Positions 59,992 to 64,000 of a stretch of 64,000 nt of DNA are shown one piece after another. Below the pieces are notes generated by a model. The model was not told the origin of the DNA, did not search any database, and saw only the letters and a program-made list of their open reading frames with translations. How positions within the stretch are numbered: the first letter of the stretch is position 1; the number at the start of each line of letters is the position of its first letter. This stretch comes from a virus: IMG/VR virus record IMGVR_UViG_3300042013_000065; one strand, given 5' to 3'. The position numbers and the translations under genes are program-made.

Positions 59992-60368
59992 GATTCGTTA
60001 TATTCCTGTAGGAAACGATTTCGTAGTTCTATGGCTTCGGCTAATTTACGCTCCCAATTGGCTTCATAGGTATTGTCGTTTCCTATGTGAACCATTTGAG
60101 GACGGCCAGTGTTTGGATTGCAGACAGCGAAACGGTGCTTAATCTCTCGCTTGTCTTTCACGGTGTAATGCGTGATGCCTACCGGTGTAGGACTTTGTTT
60201 GTTGCTGCGTGGTGCGGTTTCCGTTTTTCTTCGCGGGCGTTTGTCGGCGTCTTCTTTGATTGCTCGAAAAGCTTTCACAGAGTCGCCGAAATCTTCATCA
60301 AGATAAACCGCCTCAACGTCGTAGGTTGCGCACCAGCCGTTATCGGAGTCGTTACGTTTTATGCTCAT
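59988..60368 (-). CDS. Putative AP2-like DNA-binding protein
   Basis: PVGI...F.V.....IG....A.A.E.RN pattern. Confidence 0.55.
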   Translation of the reverse strand: MSIKRNDSDNGWCATYDVEAVYLDEDFGDSVKAFRAIKEDADKRPRRKTETAPRSNKQSPTPVGITHYTVKDKREIKHRFAVCNPNTGRPQMVHIGNDNTYEANWERKLAEAIELRNRFLQEYNES

Positions 60369-60993
60369 GGTTGTACATATAAATAATCACCTCTGTTGCT
60401 GGAATTACAGCGCGTAGGAACTGGCCTTCATTTACAAATTGCAGGCCGCTTTCTTTGATGTCGTCTTGCAAGTGAAACCCGATACCGGGGCACGTGCTGT
60501 CAAACGTCAGAATGTGCACACCATGCCAAAGCTGTGTCAGCACGTACGAACGCCCACACAGCACCAGCTTGTTACGGCGGCTGTCGAAGCTCACAAGCTG
60601 TTTAGGCGTTTCGACGTACACATAGCGCGCTTCTTCAGGAACGACGCTGAAATCGAATCCTGCGGCCTTCAGGATAGCGTTGCTCTCCTTATTCGGCATA
60701 ACCATTTCTTGCGCCCACCGGGCAATCTTGCTCAGCGTGAAACCGGCTGCGCGCAGTTCTTTCTTGCGGGTGGTGGCGTAGTAGGCAACCAACGCCCGTT
60801 TCCATTCGTTGTGCAAATCTTTCTGACCCACGAACGCCATCAGCATGACGTTGTAATCAGGAAAATATTTCCCTGTTGCAAAGGCCAACAATTCGGCCTT
60901 TGCTTGTTCTTCTGAAATCTTGCGGGTGCTTGCGTAATCGCGGATCGAAAAATACTGACCCGCTGCCTTGCGCATCGAATGTTTGAATATCAT
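60352..60993 (-). CDS. Hypothetical protein
   Basis: AAGGAG RBS before the ATG at 60993. Confidence 0.8.
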   Translation of the reverse strand: MIFKHSMRKAAGQYFSIRDYASTRKISEEQAKAELLAFATGKYFPDYNVMLMAFVGQKDLHNEWKRALVAYYATTRKKELRAAGFTLSKIARWAQEMVMPNKESNAILKAAGFDFSVVPEEARYVYVETPKQLVSFDSRRNKLVLCGRSYVLTQLWHGVHILTFDSTCPGIGFHLQDDIKESGLQFVNEGQFLRAVIPATEVIIYMYNHEHKT

Positions 60994-61007
60994 AAAGCTC
61001 CTTAAAC

Positions 61008-61042
61008 GAGGGACAATGAAACTGTCCCTCATTCTTTACAGT
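61008..61042 (-). promoter_or_regulatory. ACTGTAAA motif followed by a GAGGGACA/TGTCCCTC leader hairpin
   Basis: Intergenic; 8-bp perfect stem. Confidence 0.45.
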
Positions 61043-61067
61043 TTAAAATTCCGTGTTTGGTTTGGCG

Positions 61068-62546
61068 TCAGCAGTAGACGATAATCTCGCACGGCCTTTC
61101 TTGATCGTTGTTGAAGGTTAGAACGGCGCGCTCTTTGTTCAGGTCGAGTGCAAAACCACGTTCGCGCAATTCGTCGGCGCTGTCATGCCATCCCATGTGG
61201 TCGGTGTACTCTTCCATAAAACTTACAGCGTCATCACCACGCATTACGTAACGAATTACGCCACCATTGGAAACACGCACGGTTTCGTAAGACACGCCGT
61301 TAATGTCCAGAATCATTTCGCCAGATGAATCAGTGTTCATCAAGCAACCGCGTACGCCGTCCAGCATATGACACAACGTGCTGTAGATCGTGTATTCGGC
61401 ACCATCCCACGAACACGGACGCGCTTTGATGTCCATGCACAAAATCGCTTGAGGGCCACTTGCAACGGATTTCAAATGCAGCGGTTTGCCCGCTAACATC
61501 AGTTCATCTTCGTAGCGGAAACCGATTGATTGCAACACGGATTTTGCACGGCGAATATCCCACGTCTGGAAAAAGTATTCGGCCTGTTCCATACGGGATG
61601 GTTGATCCTCCGACACTGGAATCGTGTAAGCGACTTCGCCCAAATCCCACTTATCAACGAACGTCATTTCATTGCGGGAAATGATAACGTCGAAGTGACG
61701 GCACGACACACGCAAAACATTGTCGTTGCCTTTGTGTTCGATGCAATCGAATTCGAACGACTGCGACCAGAAGTCGGCCATGATTCCGGCCAGCGGCGAT
61801 TTGGCGAATTCCTTGAACAGATACGGAACGTTGTCGTTGTGGTACGCCAGCATTTCGTCGAAGCACTCGGTCAATTTCTTGCCCGTGCGTTTCATCGCGT
61901 GTTTGCTGAAATACGATGCAACGTCGGCTTCGTCCAGTGGCGGCTCTTTCTTTTGATACGGGAGTAAAGAGGTGCCGGTTTCTTCGTCGCCCTCTTCCAT
62001 TTCTTCGTGCGATAAACCCGGTGGCGCCATTACCGGTGCGACGTGTTCACGCAGCATCTTCAATTCTTTTGCACCTTGAACCTCTTTCACAACTTCGGCA
62101 GCTTTGCGGCCTTTGCCTTTGTTGCGTTGTACAATCCCGGTCACGGTTGGCAGTTGGCTGTTTTCGAAAATCGAAACGCCGAATTCATCCGCGTACACGT
62201 GCTGCATATCGTTGCTGATCAAACTGAATTCAGTCAGCCAACCTTTCAGCGTGCTTTCTTTGTACATCTTTGCCAGCGTTTCCTGATTACGCTCCGACAA
62301 ATTGAGCGCAACCAGTTCCAACGCGTAAGTACGGTCGAACTGATATTTGTTGTTCGTGTACACGCGCATTTTCGCCAGCAGCGGCGCGGCCAGTGCAGTG
62401 ATTGCCACGTAGCCATTCAGGTACTCGACCAGCGAATCTTTTTCAGCTTTGGTCAGATTGATTTTCTTTGCGTACTGCTGCGCGTTGTGATTTGGCAGAT
62501 CGCCTTTGACGTAGCTGACGAAACTGCGTTTGCGTTTGATAGCCAT
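61068..62546 (-). CDS. Hypothetical multidomain protein
   Basis: 492-aa ORF; AAGGA RBS. Confidence 0.8.
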   Translation of the reverse strand: MAIKRKRSFVSYVKGDLPNHNAQQYAKKINLTKAEKDSLVEYLNGYVAITALAAPLLAKMRVYTNNKYQFDRTYALELVALNLSERNQETLAKMYKESTLKGWLTEFSLISNDMQHVYADEFGVSIFENSQLPTVTGIVQRNKGKGRKAAEVVKEVQGAKELKMLREHVAPVMAPPGLSHEEMEEGDEETGTSLLPYQKKEPPLDEADVASYFSKHAMKRTGKKLTECFDEMLAYHNDNVPYLFKEFAKSPLAGIMADFWSQSFEFDCIEHKGNDNVLRVSCRHFDVIISRNEMTFVDKWDLGEVAYTIPVSEDQPSRMEQAEYFFQTWDIRRAKSVLQSIGFRYEDELMLAGKPLHLKSVASGPQAILCMDIKARPCSWDGAEYTIYSTLCHMLDGVRGCLMNTDSSGEMILDINGVSYETVRVSNGGVIRYVMRGDDAVSFMEEYTDHMGWHDSADELRERGFALDLNKERAVLTFNNDQERPCEIIVYC

Positions 62547-62555
62547 GATGATTCC

Positions 62556-62963
62556 TTAACCTAAATGGATTGGTAGAGTTTTGTAAAAAGCTTGTTCGTC
62601 GGCAGTCAGTGCCCAACGCCCGTTCGTGATGTTGCGGTATTCGGTGAAACAGGCACGCAACCATTCGTGCGTTCGGAACGATACGTAACCCTGTGCTATG
62701 TCAGCACGTTCCTTTTCGTCTAGGGCGCTCTCTACGGCACCGCCAAGCGATTCTTTCACAACGGCAATGGCATTGATGCGGGAAGCGTTAATAAACGCCT
62801 CAGACCACACCGTAATGACCGTCTGCGTCACGTGCGAAATGATCCACAGGTGTTCCGCCTCGGGAATCGTTGTGAACGTGTCGCGCAGGCTGCGATTCAA
62901 TTCGGGAAACGGCAACAGCGAAAGCTTGTCACCGTGCAGCGCCATCAACGCATTAAAGTCCAT
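62556..62963 (-). CDS. Hypothetical protein
   Basis: GGAGG RBS before MDFNAL. Confidence 0.75.
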   Translation of the reverse strand: MDFNALMALHGDKLSLLPFPELNRSLRDTFTTIPEAEHLWIISHVTQTVITVWSEAFINASRINAIAVVKESLGGAVESALDEKERADIAQGYVSFRTHEWLRACFTEYRNITNGRWALTADEQAFYKTLPIHLG

Positions 62964-63150
62964 TTCTTTGATCCTCCAATTCTTGGATTGTGTGGCGGTA
63001 GTCAATCACGATTTGAGCGATGGGCAGATCAACCCAATTCACCGGCCACCACCACACGAAATTTGCTTTGTTGGTAATGTGGTCGCCAAAACGTAACAGG
63101 CTGGCACCCTTGTATTTGATCAATGTATTGAAACGACCGAACCTGTACAT
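62953..63150 (-). CDS. Small hypothetical protein
   Basis: GAGG RBS before MYRFG. Confidence 0.6.
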   Translation of the reverse strand: MYRFGRFNTLIKYKGASLLRFGDHITNKANFVWWWPVNWVDLPIAQIVIDYRHTIQELEDQRNGL

Positions 63151-63178
63151 TTTACAACCCTCATATTGCGCTGCGCAT

Positions 63179-63400
63179 TTAACGCGGCACAAAACGGCAT
63201 TTATGTTTTAGGGCGAAGTCTATGGCGACCTTGTAGGCGTCGTTGTGTTCCATCGAATTCATACCCGGCAACGTTCGCCAGAAAAGGCAACCGTAGTCAC
63301 CACCTTTAACCTGCACGCAGAAAATGAATGGGCCAGCAAAGCTAACCTCTTCCTTAATGCGCACGCGGAGTTCTGCTTTACCAAACAAACTCATTTGCAC
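63179..63400 (-). CDS. Small hypothetical protein
   Basis: GAGG RBS. Confidence 0.65.
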   Translation of the reverse strand: MQMSLFGKAELRVRIKEEVSFAGPFIFCVQVKGGDYGCLFWRTLPGMNSMEHNDAYKVAIDFALKHKCRFVPR

Positions 63401-63414
63401 CTCGATTGTTTAGG

Positions 63415-63717
63415 TCAGCACACCCTTACCGATTTAATTTGTGACTTTGGTTTATACGCACGGCCACCAGTAAGCCAATCGCGGTTCTTCCCCAAACATT
63501 CCTGTTCCAGCATGACCCAAAAATCTTTGTGATTGGTTTTCACCAGATACAAAGCTTCTTCCAAGGTCAGTGCTTTCACGAACACTTCTAATTTCGTGAA
63601 CGTGCTGTCATTCCGGGTACTGAAAACAAAACGGTAGTCGTAACGCATTGCAGAATTATTGCCGAGCGTCCTTTCTAACGGTGTGCCTTTGCCGCCATCG
63701 CGATACTTGAGTGCCAT
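63415..63717 (-). CDS. Hypothetical protein
   Basis: AAGGGA RBS. Confidence 0.7.
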   Translation of the reverse strand: MALKYRDGGKGTPLERTLGNNSAMRYDYRFVFSTRNDSTFTKLEVFVKALTLEEALYLVKTNHKDFWVMLEQECLGKNRDWLTGGRAYKPKSQIKSVRVC

Positions 63718-63736
63718 GCGTATTCCCTTACTTCAA

Positions 63737-64000
63737 TTATTGCCAAACTGCGGCGAAAAGGTCGGTGTCCAATTTGTTGTCAGGGCCACCGTCTGTGTTG
63801 TCACGCTTCTGTTCGTTCCACGCCGATTCATACGCCGCTTCGGTTGGGAAACCGTTGGGGAACATCATAACGAAATCGTTCAGCGTGTAGACGGTGCCAA
63901 GCGTATCACGGCGTTTTGCATCGTGATAAATGGCGTGCACGACTTGCGTACTCTGTGCCGGGTTTTTCAGCAGACCGAAAACCACGAACGCGACCAGATT
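63737..64000 (-). CDS. 5'-truncated hypothetical protein
   Basis: Frame is open to the window end. Confidence 0.7.
   Translation of the reverse strand, partial: NLVAFVVFGLLKNPAQSTQVVHAIYHDAKRRDTLGTVYTLNDFVMMFPNGFPTEAAYESAWNEQKRDNTDGGPDNKLDTDLFAAVWQ

Noticed and set aside
1-64000. tRNA, rRNA, integrase, transposase or introns
   Set aside because: Intergenic gaps are short, and no cloverleaf, recombinase or homing-endonuclease motifs were recognised

Overview
A 64-kb segment of a large lytic dsDNA phage, most likely a jumbo myovirus. The host is inferred to be Pseudomonas from an AmrZ homologue and a Pseudomonas-like IF2 fragment. No tRNA, rRNA, CRISPR array, integrase or transposase was seen. 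The + strand half (1-33042) is a late region: baseplate/tail-fibre genes, four collagen-like paralogues, Cys-rich PA14/Calx-beta/LamG/discoidin-like fibre proteins, a four-gene membrane/periplasmic block, and a probable lysis cassette (holin-like, spanin-like, atypical M15 peptidase). It converges on a bidirectional terminator (33052-33093) with a densely packed - strand accessory region of about 60 small genes. That region holds two tandem arrays of diverged paralogues, two Nudix-fold enzymes, NADAR, DUF4326 and several apparent host or enzyme mimics: AmrZ, an RHH-IF2_N fusion, an AlaRS-like fragment, a mini-kinase, and a protein built of polymerase/exonuclease/helicase motif fragments. At the DNA level there are two candidate phage promoter motifs (GTAATTTA and ACTGTAAA) and apparent avoidance of CCWGG and GGWCC. 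All family assignments come from motif recognition by eye, not from database searches.
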